Assembly: GCA_026026165.1 (NCBI GenBank)
Contig: JAPEUD010000052.1
Location: 124,001-181,596, forward strand
Origin: Sarea resinae
Lineage: Eukaryota
Direction of reading: 5' to 3'
DNA length: 57,596 nt
Shown: piece by piece, positions 14,055-26,735 of the stretch
Layout: every line of letters starts with the position of its first letter
Position numbering within the stretch: the stretch's first letter is position 1
Position numbers and translations under genes: made by a program
The notes under the pieces: generated by a model
What the model saw: only the letters and a program-made list of their open reading frames with translations
Databases searched by the model: none
What the model was told of the DNA's origin: nothing

Positions 14055-15221
14055 ATGCCGCAATCATGGGACTACATCGCCAAGATCGTCGTGATTGGCG
14101 ACTCGGGCACCGGTAAATCCAGCGTACGTCTTTCATGCCTGCAGCAGCAAAGCAATCCCCAGCGCCGCGCCAACTGACTGACTGACTGACTGACTGACTG
14201 ACTGACCGACCGGCAACAGCTCACGATGCGCCTCTGCGAAGGCCGCTTCTCGCCCTACCACGACGTCACCATCGGCGTCGAATTCGGCTCCCGCATCGTG
14301 CCCGTGGGCCCGCCGGCTTCACTCGCTCTAGGCATCAACTCCCCATCCACCGAGACGACCACGAATCCAAGCTCATCCACACCTCCCGACCAATCCACAG
14401 ATGCCGACCCAGCCTCGCCGCCATCGCAAGCCTCCACCAAAGCAAAAGCGAAAGCCGCCGCACCCGCACCCTCGAAGCCGCCCAAGCAGAAATACATGAA
14501 ACTGTCGCTCTGGGACACGGCCGGCCAGGAAGCCTACAACAGCATAACGCGCTCGTACTTTCGCGGGGCCTCGGGCGCCCTGCTGGTCTACGACATAACG
14601 CGGCGGTCGACGTTCGAGTCGGCGACGTCGTGGCTGCGCGACCTGCAACACATCGCCGACGAGAACATCGTCGTCGTCCTCGTGGGCAACAAATCCGACC
14701 TCGCCTCCGCCTCGACCGCCATCGCCTCGACACCTACGAACACCACCACCACCACCACCACAAGTCCTCCCTCCTCCTCCTCATCACCACCATCACAAGA
14801 ACAACAACAGCCCCCCTCAGACGAGGCACCACCTCCGCCATCCTCCACCCCCCCCTCGTCCTCCGCACCCACCACCAACCGCGCCATCGACCCCCACGAA
14901 GCCCGCACATGGTGCAGCACCAACCACATCCTACAACACGTCGAGACCTCCGCGAAAAGCGGCGCGGGCGTCGAGCGCGCCTTCCAAGAAGTCGCCGAGC
15001 GCATCTTCCAGAACATCGAGGCCGGCAAATACGACCTCAACGACCGCCGCTCCGGCGTCAAGGCCTCGGGCTCGGCCGGCGGCGCGGGTGATTCCGCGAG
15101 GAACACTAATACCGCCCGCACCGTCAACCTGGGCATGAATGACGTCGCGGCTGCTGGGGGCAGTAGTGGTGGCGGCGGCAGTGGCTGGGCTGGGGTTGGG
15201 GCGGCGGGCGGGTGTTGTTGA
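14055..15221 (+). CDS. Rab GTPase, Rab2/Rab4 (Ypt4)-like, with low-complexity insertions
   Basis: G1 GDSGTGKS, effector TIGVEFG, G3 WDTAGQE, G4 GNKSD, G5 ETSAK and C-terminal GGCC prenylation motif. One intron, 14144-14219. Confidence 0.92.
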
Positions 15222-15440
15222 CCTTGGTTGATGGATGGATGGGTTGATTGATTGATTGATAGGCTGATTGACTGTTGGTTGACTGCATGGATGGATGGAT
15301 GGATGGATGGATTGATTGATGGCTCTAGTACCAGGTCTCTACTTCCATTCCCCCTCCTCCTTTCTCTCCCTCCTCCTCCGAAGAAACAAAACACCCCGAG
15401 CCTGTGTTGTTGTGATCATCTCGTATATATTTCCTCTTCT

Positions 15441-15498
<58 letters not shown>

Positions 15499-15685
15499 CC
15501 TCCGCGATTCGATCGATCCCTCTGTTCCTCTTATCTATGCCCTGCGTCCCCCGGCCTCTTCTCTCTCCGCAGCTACAGGGACAGCTGATTCCGCATTCTG
15601 CACTGTATATATATATTCACAACTTACACGTACACATGCATATATGCGTACGTGATAGCCTTGCTGGTCATACACACATACACAA

Positions 15686-15716
<31 letters not shown>

Positions 15717-15991
15717 AGACACATTGAATTGATTTGGCACTGCCAAGCGCAGCAGCTATCTGATCCCCCCCCCTTCACTCTTCGCCTTTCTTGCGCTCCA
15801 AAAGTCACAGTCACAGTCACAGCTACAGTTACATCACGGTCACTGCCCCTGAAGTAACAGAAGTAAACCCCCCACCCTATTCTCGACCCTCACTGTCCTC
15901 GACCTTGACCTTGGCCACTTGACTTGAACCACTTAACTTGGCCACCAACCCGCACAGCCCAGCAACCGCACCAGCCGCAACAACACAACAA
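15222..15991. repeat. Microsatellite island between convergent Rab and PMT2 genes
   Basis: (GATG)n, (GATT)n, a long (CT)n at ~15447-15494, (GA)n at ~15686-15712 and (AGTCAC)n. Confidence 0.9.
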
Positions 15992-18560
15992 CTAATCCGT
16001 GATCCTCCAGCTATCAAACCACTTCAGATGAGCCCACTGCTTGCTGGGCCCGACCATGCCAAAGGAAATCGCCCGGAACAGCCAAAAGAGGCCGACGACG
16101 CCCGCATACAAGACGAGATAGACGGCCCAGCGGGCGCGGCCGGGCAGGGTCGAGGTGACATGGTCGACGACGAACCCTTCGACCAGGATGGCGAAATAGA
16201 GTGCCGGGTAGTAGTGGTGCACGTAGGTGACGCGCGCCATGGCGATGAAGGGCAGGTAGTGCAGGAACCAGCCGAGCGCGGGGTACAGCCCCGCGTAGTG
16301 GATGTGGTCGATGTCGTGCGTCTTCAGCTCCGTGTAGCCGCGCTGCCATCGGATCAGGTAGTAGAGCACCAGCACGCCGAGGCCGGCGAGCGATGCCGTC
16401 GAGCCCCAGTAGACGAGCGGGTTGCCGAGGAGGAAGTATTTGACGACTGGGGTGAGGGAGGGAAGAATGTTAGTCAAAATCAAAAAGTGAATGCGGCATG
16501 GGTCATCGGTGGCTTACTGTGGTCTTCCCAGCTGCACATTCGCAGACCGACGTTCAGGATCGGCCATTGCCAGAAGTGCGAGGCGAGGTCGTCCTGCTTG
16601 TCCGGGTCCGGGACGAGCGCGTTGTTGGATGTCATCATGGCGACGTTGAGATGGAGAAAGTCTCGGAAGAAGGGAGATTTGTAGGAGCCCGGGTCACTGG
16701 CAGGGACTAGAGGAATGACCAGATTAGCATCCACCTACTTTCCAATCTTCAAAGAGCCTTACGTCGCTCGTTCCAGTGACTTTCAACATTCCAATGAGTA
16801 TACACATCTCTTGGATAGTTGTCTTTCACGCAGGTCGTTTCGATCTGCTTGAAACCCCATTGCGGCAAGTTGACGTTGCCAGCCCGCAGATAGCAGCCAA
16901 GGGTGCTGTGTCTCAGTCGGAAGGCTGTTGTCAAGGTTCTGACCTTGGACCGGTCACTAGAGGCGGCATCGCTGACGACCTCCACCGTCCAATGGTCCTT
17001 GTCGTCCCCGATTGTGGTATTACCGTAACAGGAAACTTCATAGTCTGCCTTAGTGACCGGTGCAGAGACCTGATGCGAGTGCAAGTTCCGTCCAGTCTGT
17101 GCGTGAATGAGGCGGATTTGATCCTTGTCCGCGACGAACTGGATTGGGGCTTCTGGATCATAATCGGGTTGCCATCGATTAGGATAGAAGAACCAGTCAT
17201 TGTTGGCATCCTTATGATGATAGCAGGTAATCTGCTGTTGGGTGGATCCCTCGGGGTATGTCTGGACGTGAGAATGGAGGAGACCACCGCCATATCCCAT
17301 ATTTTTTAGTGTTGCTCGCGATCCGTAAGCAATCTCCAACGGACTGTCTTTGCCGACTTCTGTGCCTTTCAAATTGGCTTGGAAGAGTGAGCTCATCTGA
17401 GCGTCTCCCGGGCCACTATTTTCGAGAACTTGGAAGTGAAGCCAGAAGGAGAACATGTAAACCAGTATGGGAACGACGATAAGTCCAAAGACGCGGGCCA
17501 TGACATGCGAAGCATAATCGACCTAGGAGATGTCAGCTCGATTTCTTCCAGAATGCAGCGGCATCATACCTTTGGCATTTTGTAGTCTCCAAATTTGTTC
17601 CACAGGTCCTCAATGGTGTAGATGCCCACGAGAGCTGTGCAGAAGGCGCCCACCCACTTGACACTGCAGACACACCCGATGGATATCCCAGTCATGAAGA
17701 GCCAAAGAAACCACTCGAATGAGAAGCTCTCATTCCGTAGTCGGTGGAACCTGGCCCAGCATAGAACAGTGGTGAAGGTGAAGAACAGAAGCATTGCGTC
17801 GAGCAGGATGAATCTGCTGATGGTTGCGTACGAGTTCTCGCACAGAACCATGAGGGTGACGAACCATACCGCGGGTCGTCTGAGTTCCAGTTCACGAGCG
17901 GTAAAGTAGGCCAGAGGTACGCAGAGAGCTCCGAAGGTGGCATTGAAGGCACGCATAAAGGTATAGTTAAGATCCTCAGGATAGGTCTCGCCCGATTTGA
18001 ACTCGAAAGATCCATTATAGCCGGCAAGATATCCAGACAATCCGACAAGCATCTTTCCCAGCGGAGGGTGAACATCGAAATAGAACTCGCGCTTTAGGTA
18101 GTGAGACCCGAACTTCCCGAAACTGATTGCACCATGGAATTAGCAGGTTCGAGCATAATGGGTGCAAAAGGCATGTAGGCTTACTGAGCCTCGTCCCACG
18201 TCACAATGGGCGATAATCCAATCTTGTGAAACCGAGTGAAGAAGGAGAGGGCTGTGAAGATTATAGGGGCAAGAAGAAATTCATATTCGTCAAGATAGGA
18301 TATTGTTGACCGTTTGCTCTACAGAAGAAGCCAGCGGCATTAGCTGAAGCCCGAAGGAAATGGTTTTCGCCAATTTGAGGACAATCCCCAGATTTTAGCT
18401 TGCTGGACGGCGGAATGCATACCTTGTAAGACTTCTTTTTGTCTACCTCTGCAGACTCATGTGCAGACTGACCATTGTGGCCTTGACCTGGGACGTTTCT
18501 ACGCCGAAGGTCCTGACCGTCTACGTTGGCGCCGGTAGCGTAGGATGGTTTCGACTCCAT
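15992..18560 (-). CDS. PMT2: Dolichyl-phosphate-mannose:protein O-mannosyltransferase, PMT2 subfamily
   Basis: Motifs [51 protein letters not shown] domains ([16 protein letters not shown]) and [15 protein letters not shown]. Introns 18422-18319, 18184-18123, 17569-17523, 16762-16707 and 16517-16447. Start taken as MESKPS at 18560. Confidence 0.93.
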
Positions 18561-19632
18561 GCTGACTTGGGCCAGCGGGACCACCGGTGTCTTGGGGTCA
18601 AGTTGATGTCTGTTGATTCCAACAGGCGAAGAAGCTCAGCTCCGCTGATAGAAAACGTGGCAGGGCCAGCACTGGGAGTGGCTGTTGCTGGCGATCCTGG
18701 ACGAGGGTAGGAAGGGAACGATGCATGCAACAGCCGCCTCAGGAGACGGCTACCATGAGGGAATGCGAATGAATAGCACACCCAATGGCTGTGGGGTGGC
18801 GTATTTGAAGATGACGCTTCCAACGAGTGTCCTTCACTCGAGAGGCTCAAAGATGGCAGACTGGAAAAACGGCCGTCCAGAATAACAGATTCGTAGCTTC
18901 ATTCCATGCGCCGATGATATACTGACCACGACAGCTCTAGACTTGGAAAGTTCAAGGTAGCGAGCGACGCATGCAAGGGTCTTGAACCCCGAAGTCCCCT
19001 TGAGCCGACAGTACTTGAGATGCCTCGAGGCTGACATGGAGCATGAGGTACCTCTTCCGCCCTCTACTTGCACCACCAAATCGACGTATTCGCGGCCTAC
19101 TTCGTCGTAGCTGCGCGTACCTGGGGGACAGACGCTGTCAGGATCCGAGGACACCGTGTTCGTCTCATCCCTGATGTCGAGGGGTCAAACTTGTGGCGTG
19201 CACGAAAAGAACTCAATTTGTATCTTCCTTCTGCATTGATACAGCATCTCATGTAAGGAACGGTGTAGACTCTATTCTCTACATATTCATATCAAAAAGA
19301 GCCGCCGAGGGATCCGATCGATTGTCCCACCTCGAGTCCAATTGTTCTCGTAGACCAAACCCGTTCTTTTGGGGTCATAGAAACTATATAGAGACTGCTT
19401 GCTATAATTACATACATGCCAACTTACTCCTATCAGGTGACCAACAAGTGACAAAGAAATGGGGAAACAAAAATGAACGGACTTGCAATGGAACGTCAGA
19501 AGTCCGGGAATCCTTGAGAGAGTTTGCGCCTTCTATAACCGACAGATAAAAGCGCGTCGATGCATGCCGTCATTTCGCTGCGGTTCGCTCGCCATGAAGA
19601 TTGTCCCATGCAACGCCATCAACAGACGTTTT

Positions 19633-22006
19633 CTACTCGCCGTCCTGGTCTAATCTTCTGTAATCGCCATCTCGGTCGTCGCCCGATCCTTTGCCACGCT
19701 TCACCATGCGAGAGATCCAGCCTCCGATGCCCTCACCACGAGAAGACTCGTCCTTCCTCCTCGACAATTGTGGCTTTCCGTTCTCGACATTGACGGCCGG
19801 CGGGTCGATATCCAAGCCTGGAATTGCGCTTTCGGGCCCAATTGGCGCTGGTGCCCCTCTTCGGATATCAAGCGACGGGACAGGAGAACCGATGCCGACG
19901 AGCGATTCCCGTTCTGGGTGTGTAGCAGGCGTTGTCATCGTGGTGGTAGCATCGCCAAATAGAGCGTTCATGTCTTCAAGACGAACACCACTCGTTTCTG
20001 GATATATGAAGTATACTGCGACAGCCCGTCAGTGGAGTTTTCGTAACGGAGAAGTGTCAGGAGACTTACCAACAACAAAACTAACGGCGCAGAAAAAGGC
20101 ATGGACAAGGTATAGTCTCCATCGGATCCATTCCTGGAGTATAGGCGTCATCTCTCCGACCAGCCAGTTGAAAGCCCAGTTTGTGGCAGTGCTCAAGCTT
20201 GCTCCCTTGGCTCTGATACTGAGCGGCAGGATTTCCGGAGGATAGAGCCAAGGAATGGGACCCCAGGAGGCGCCGAATGAGGCGTTGTAGATCATAACGA
20301 AAACAACGACGAGAGTTGGGGTGGCGCGTATGTCTATGTAGATGAAGTAAGAGATCGCCGACAGGGAGATGACCATTGCAACAGCGCCGGAAAGCAAGAT
20401 GACGCGTCGACCCCACCGGTCTACCAGATACCATGGCGGAACGGTAGATAGTAAGTAGCTGATCCCGTTGATGCCGGTCATCAGAATGGCGTCACGTCCG
20501 ACCCATCGAGCTTGTTCAAACACAAGAGGCGCATAGTAAGAGATGACGTTGATACCGTTGAGCTGGGCAAAAGCCTGAGCAGACATGGCGATGAAGACGC
20601 GCTTGTGATACCGTCTGAACATATCCCCATAAGATCGTTCGCCTTCTTGGCGGTGAAGGAGCACACCCATTTTGATTTCTCGGTATTCGTCTCTCGCCTT
20701 CTGGTTGTGGATATTGCCCTTTCCGTAGAGATTGGCGATCACCACGATCCCCTCCTCATCGTGGTCATTGTCAAGCAGCCATCTGTGTCACGTTAGCGAG
20801 ACTCTAACGATATTGAAATGAATCCCTACCTTGGCGACTCGCAAATGATCAAGCTTCCCAGTCCCAATAGAGCACCCATGAAGCATTGCAGCAGCAGGGG
20901 GACTCGCCACGAGTAGTCGCTTTGGATGTAGCTACAGAAGTAATCCACCCAGACACTGGCTGCGTATCCAAGAATATTACCCGAGAATTCGATGCATGCA
21001 AGCTTGCCACGGTTGTGGGGTGGTGATATCTCGGACTGATAAACTGGGACGATGGTGGATAGAGCACCCACTCCCAGCCCAGCAATGATTCGTCCAACGT
21101 ACATCATTGGCATGCCCGTGGCCAGCGTCTGGAGAACACCACCAACAAAAAAGATAATGGATCCATACATGATGGTCTTTCGCCGTCCGATCATGTCGCC
21201 AATCTTGCCGATACTTATGGACGATATCAAGGCACCCACTTCAAGAATGGCTACCATCGTCCCTATCTGGGCCCGCGATGGCTGGTTGAAGAAGTCTTTG
21301 AAGTACGGACCTCTGCAAACCTCATCAGCATGCATATCTGGCATTTGGGTGTTGTACGTACGTGATGATCCCAGACATGACGCCTTGATCATATCCGAAG
21401 AGAAAGACACCCAATGACACGAAGACACTGGTGAAATATCTATCCACGAATTAGCCATCGTCTTGCGTCCGTGATCTGATCGAAAGCGTACAAGAGTGGC
21501 TTGCCGGTCAAGCCGTGCATCTGGCTTCCTGCGTGTCCACTCATGATGGCGGCAAGGAACTTTTCCGCTCGAGAGATCTTCCTAGGTGGAGGGTTCGGGA
21601 TTTCAATGGCCTCCTTGTCGACTCCAGGATGGGCTCTCTTCCCCTCGAGATCGTCTTGTTGCTGATATCGGACGCGCTTGTGGTGATGGAGGCCACGATG
21701 CCGCGGCGAATTAAAGCCTTCTGCGTCAAGCGACTGCCGGAGTCGAATCTGCAAGGGGTCTTCCTCGTCTGCGAGCTGCTCTGCGAGATCGCCGGTATCA
21801 CTCCAAAGCGAGAAATCCGAGCCCGCCGATTCGGACGAGCGCGGCGAGGAGGACCGGCGATTATCGCGTTTCTCGTCGAACGACCCAGAGGCGGGGGATT
21901 GGTAATCGAAAGGCCTCGAAGGCGAGGAGAGGGTGCGGAGGGGGATGTTTGCAGGCCGACGTGGTGTTGTTGAGGAAGGAATTGTGACGGTGATAACGGG
22001 CTGCAC
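19633..22006 (-). CDS. MFS sugar porter (monosaccharide transporter). First AUG is at 21544; a predicted extended isoform starts from a non-AUG codon near 22006
   Basis: Motifs LFGYDQGVMSG, DMIGRRKT, VPVYQSEISPPHNRG, ESPR, QLNGINVISYY, WGPIPWLYPPEILPLSIRAKG and PETSGVRLEDM. Four introns, near 21491-21440, 21360-21313, 20830-20783 and 20069-20017. The 5' coordinate is inferred. Confidence 0.9.
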
Positions 22007-24894
22007 GGTATAAGCAGCCCCTCCTCGTGATGGAAGCGTTAGAGGACGGAAGCGTGGAAGCGTGGAAGCTATCGAATAATAAGGGTCCAGATGCAAAGGT
22101 GATGTCTGGCAGGGGGGGGCATATAAAGATCGAGGCAGGAGGGTTGGCCGAGGATGAGCTAATTGGTGGAGGAGGCAGTTGACGGTGGATCATGCATCAA
22201 AAACTTCACCAGGCGACATTTACTAAGGGCTGGCCGATGGGCGGGCGGCGGGAGGAAGAGGACGAGGCTTTCGGCGGGATGGGCACAGGCACGAGCACGA
22301 GACCTGTGTATGAATGGAAGTATCCAAATACCTGCGAACGCTTGCTCTGGGGGGAAGCTGGGGGATTGGAGCCGTGATGTGGTTGAGAAGACGTCTGGAC
22401 GGATACGGGATACCCACGATTCGTGTGAGTAGCGAGCGAGCGGATCGACCTTAGCTTGACTGGTCCGGCGCGGGCTGGGGGACGGGTGTACCGAAAGATA
22501 CCTGTGCGGGGCACGGGGTCGACAGGCAATCTCAGGTACTCCCCCGGTAGACTCGCCCTTCGGCCCTGGCGATGGCCACACCTACAGTACTGTGAGTACG
22601 GAGTACGAGTACAGTACCATACCGACTACGAGTACTCCTACTCCTACTCCTACTTATTTCACCTTGACCTTACCTTACTCGAGTAGTACCCTTCCTCGCC
22701 CAGCTTAGTCGTAGATTGGCGTGCAATCCGAGTGGAGAAGGGCACCTGGGGTCGCATGCGGCCAATGACGGATCGTGTCTTTGGGTGTCCATTTGTCTTG
22801 GGCCGACTCGAGGCGTGGATCGAGGGCGAGAGCGACGTCGGAATAGCATCAATGGAGACACGTGTGGTCTCGAGTGCGCGCGGAAGGAGAATGGCCATGG
22901 CCGACTGGATGGACACAATGCCCTGTACAGACAGAGGGCCACTGCGACAGTGGCCTGTTGAGAGACTCAGCACACACTGCGCACACTGCACAGCCCTGGA
23001 GAACAATAGACCAACACAGCGGACGTGAATATCCCATATCGCAGTGCATTCGCATTACTCTCCAGCTTCCATCCATGGGAGATCAATCGATGAATGAACC
23101 TTCCTACCTCACATAAGCCGCCAGCTTGTGCATCCTCCATATGACTGAGGTGCACAAGGGCCGGATCTGTCAAGATCCGTACCTGTTTTCGCTTACTCCG
23201 GAGCACTGTCCTACCTCTCTGCTCGTCTGTGATTCGAGAGTCCCTCGGGCGCTGGCCTCCAGATGCAAGTAGTCCTGGGCGGTGAGCAAACCTACCCAGA
23301 CTTGAGGAGCCGGGTGACTTAGGGCAGGATGACTGGACATCGTGGATGTCTGTGCCGGAGTAAGAATATAATGACATTGTGGGGATGAGATCGTGTCCTT
23401 TCTCGTTCGACGCGCATCGCACATCGTCCCTAAAAACATCGGGTGACGCCTGGCTGGGTCTCACTGTGAAGAACAGCAGCGAAGGATGATCGGGTCAGCA
23501 TCCTCTGCCCTACGGCGTGTAGAACAGGCGACTTCGATTCTGAGAGGCCTGAAAACCTCTCTACTGCTTATAATGCTTCTATCGACTATCTCTTCTATTG
23601 CATCCGAGTTGGCATGACTATGTCTAGCCCTGCTTTGCCACGATCACACACGAAGTTGAGACCTGGGGCGGAGAGCTGGTCGCTGGTAGTTGGTGCAGGA
23701 TCTGAATCTAGCGCAGTGTGGAGATGTGGGGATGGCACGATGTTTGGTCTGCTGCAGCTGGCGTCTGCCCCGCTCGTCGGGCCTCCCTCAGCCTGCGCCT
23801 ACAGCGACCATTCGGCGTGGACTTGTCCCGCTTGGAGCTTGGAGAGCTGTCCATAGCCAGTGCCGCTGGAATTTGCGGTTGAAAAATAGGCGACTGTCGT
23901 GAGCGCATGAATGAAAGATGAGATCAATGAGGATGCAAAGCGTAGGCCAGCATATATCGATTACGGTACTGGCTTGACACCACAAGACAAGGCACAATGA
24001 GTCTCGAGCACCACTACCTCGTCGGTATGATACCTACTGTAGTACTGCGTCCTACTGCTGCGGTACAGCAGTCTTCTCTGGACCGATGAATGATATTAAT
24101 AGCCGAGCAGGTCGCCAACACCTACCTAGGTACTACTCAGTAGGTACCGGAAACACTATGATTGATCGTGGAAACCTACCTCGATGACTGCAGCCCATTG
24201 CCCAACATGGCCAACCTTGATAAGAGCCATAGAAGGGCAAAGCCCTGCTGTCCATCGAGGAATAATAATAGCAGTCCTTCTTGGTCATGTTTGCGTGCTG
24301 AAAAGCATGGCAATGGGACTCTATCGCGAGCAGATGGGGATCGTCGATTGGACGGGCAACTGAAATTGGGTCCCTCGGTCGTACCAACCTTGAAGGGTTT
24401 GGCTGGGACCTCGGACGAGGACCCAGTCCGGTCAAGTTGGTTCGACGTTCATCTTGTTTGAGGGCGCAGTAAGGCAAGGTACCTTACTATGTAATGCCTC
24501 GAGCAGGGTACAGAGTACCCCATTTCCTCGTACTGTACGCGGCTGCGTCCTCGTACCGGTACCTCGTTGGGATTAATATAGAACTCGCGGATCCACCCTT
24601 TTGCGGTGCGATACGATGTCACTCTGCACCTCCAGCCCAGTCGAGCCAGGCAGCGTCAGGTATTCGTACCACTTTGCGTCAAACACCGGACTTTTCCCGT
24701 GCTGGCAGCAAAGACGGGACCTTTGCGTAGGAGTACGAGGTACCTTACCTTGCTTCTACTATGTAGCCTACCGGGCCACTTCTCCCATGGTCGGGTACCT
24801 GGAGACCTGGAGTCTGAAGAACAATGAGCTGCTCATGGCGGCCGAGAGCTGGAGGCACTGTGCGGTGGTGAGGGCAATCTGGTACTCTACAGTC

Positions 24895-24926
24895 TGGTAA
24901 TTTGGTAATTTGGTAATTTGGTAATT
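24895..24926. repeat. (TGGTAATT)4 tandem repeat
   Basis: Four perfect 8-mers upstream of the CHS7-like gene. Confidence 0.85.
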
Positions 24927-25508
24927 TCCAGACCCTGTGCGGTCCCTCGCTTCATCCCTCAAAGCCTTCAAGCCTGTTTGTCTCCCCGTCTTGATTTTGC
25001 TGCATCTGCGTCGTTCGGCGCCGATCGTGACAACAAATCCCAGGATCCCCGACCGATCATTGCCCTTTACTGACCCCCCCAGACCCTGGCCGCAACGCTT
25101 CCAACTTCATTACGACTTCGTTGCTCCGTCACGACGCTCTCTGTTGCTCTGCTGGACCAGTGTGTGCCTGTTCTAAACTCCTTCGTTTAGACGCTCGCGC
25201 AACGCTAGATCTGCCGTGCCCTGTCAACCTGCCCAGCCCGTCTGCCCCCCCCACCCAGCCCCAGTAGTCAGTCAACTCGCTCGCTCAGCTCCTTTAACTT
25301 GTTGATGCATCCTGCACCCTCGATTGCGAAGACATCGTCACGCCAACTCGCCTTCTCCCATACACGTCAAACCTGGATGCCGGTCAATTGACCAGACCGT
25401 CGCTCGTCGCATCAACACCGGAAGTCGTCTCTCTGATTTTCGAGATCCTTTGGCGGCTGTCGTAGCAAAGAGTCCGGTTGCTGTGACCGCAGCCGTGACT
25501 CGGACAAG

Positions 25509-26735
25509 ATGGGCGGTACGGCTTTTGGCAACTTTCATGTACGCTTCCCGCTTCGGATTCGCGCTGATTGGGTGACTCTGACCATGGCACTGTAGGATTT
25601 CTGTCGAGATTCCACTCTTCCAATATGCAATGTACGTCCAGTCGAGATGAGGTCGTCTGTCGAGCATTGGCGATGGATGCTATGAGGGATCAAGCGCTGA
25701 TCTAGGATTCGCAGCTCTTCAATGAGTCGCCGACCAAAGGTGGTCCCGGCTTTGGACATTGTCAGTTGACGGGGATATCATTGAGTCATGGACGACATCT
25801 CTCAAACCTCGGTTAGTCTCGACGATTCTGAAAGACGGCGAGTGCTAAATCTCCTAGGCTCGATATTACTGTGCGGACTGGCCATCGTGGTTACTCTCTT
25901 CCTGATATGGCGATCGGACAGGAAGCAAGCTGCAGTAGGAAGAAGGTATGTGGACGGTCCGGCTCGTTGCGCAGCACCAGCTAACTGTTTCGTCCAGGGA
26001 GATGCAGCTCTTCCTGTTGTGCTATGTCATCATAGAGATCTGCGAGATCTTCACTGTCGGAGGATTTCCGCTCAAGGGGAAAGTTCGAATAGTAAGTTGA
26101 AGCGTCATTGTCGACGAGGTCCTGTTGACAGGATGTAGGGCTTTACGGCTGTTCACCTTGGAATGATAGCAGCTACGTTCTGGATCCTCTTTCTCAACGC
26201 CATTGTCGGATTTCAACTGTTAGATGATGGAACACCAACATCATTGGCACTGGTCCTGGGATCTGCAGCGGCTATTTTCATCGGAACGGGCTACATCGCC
26301 TTAGATACGGGATTCAACTGGACAGGACACTTCCACCGGAGTCTGACGGCTCCCAATAAAAATGTCGGTCTCTACGTGCTCTATCAGCTATTCCCTCTCG
26401 TCTGCCTTGCAGCATACTTTATTCTCGAGAGCATCTTGGTGTTGAGGGTCCTGGGAGAACGCAGACCAATGAGTGAGTATATCGATGAGCAGCAGCGAAC
26501 GAAATGCTGATGAGGGATAGTCTATCTGGCGGCAGCAGGCCTTCTCTTCGCCATTGCTCAGATCTTCGAATACGTCATCAGCGCGCATATCTGCAGTGGG
26601 ACGCACGGCAAAATCGATGGTGCTCTCTTTGAGACGTTCTTCGTTCTGTGCTCGGTGGTGATGCTGTGGGTCTTTTGGTCGAGCATCACCGAGGACGACT
26701 GGCCGGCACCGGGGCCGGATGGCGCATACACATAA
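25509..26735 (+). CDS. Chs7-like chitin synthase ER export chaperone (paralogue type starting MGxTxFGNFHDFCRDSTLP)
   Basis: Spliced N-terminus MGGTAFGNFH|DFCRDSTLPICN. Motifs RKQAAVGRREM, LNAIVGFQLLDDGT, HICSGTHGKIDGALF and FWSSITEDDW. Six short introns. TAA at 26733-26735. Confidence 0.88.

Noticed and set aside
14588..16684. ORFs 14588-15394(-), 15252-15857(+) and 15938-16684(+)
   Set aside because: Antisense to GC-rich Rab or PMT2 exons, or made of simple repeats.
22600..25500. Hidden gene or ncRNA in the 2.9-kb divergent spacer
   Set aside because: Only short ORFs without motifs or codon bias; no tRNA, snRNA or snoRNA pattern recognised by eye.
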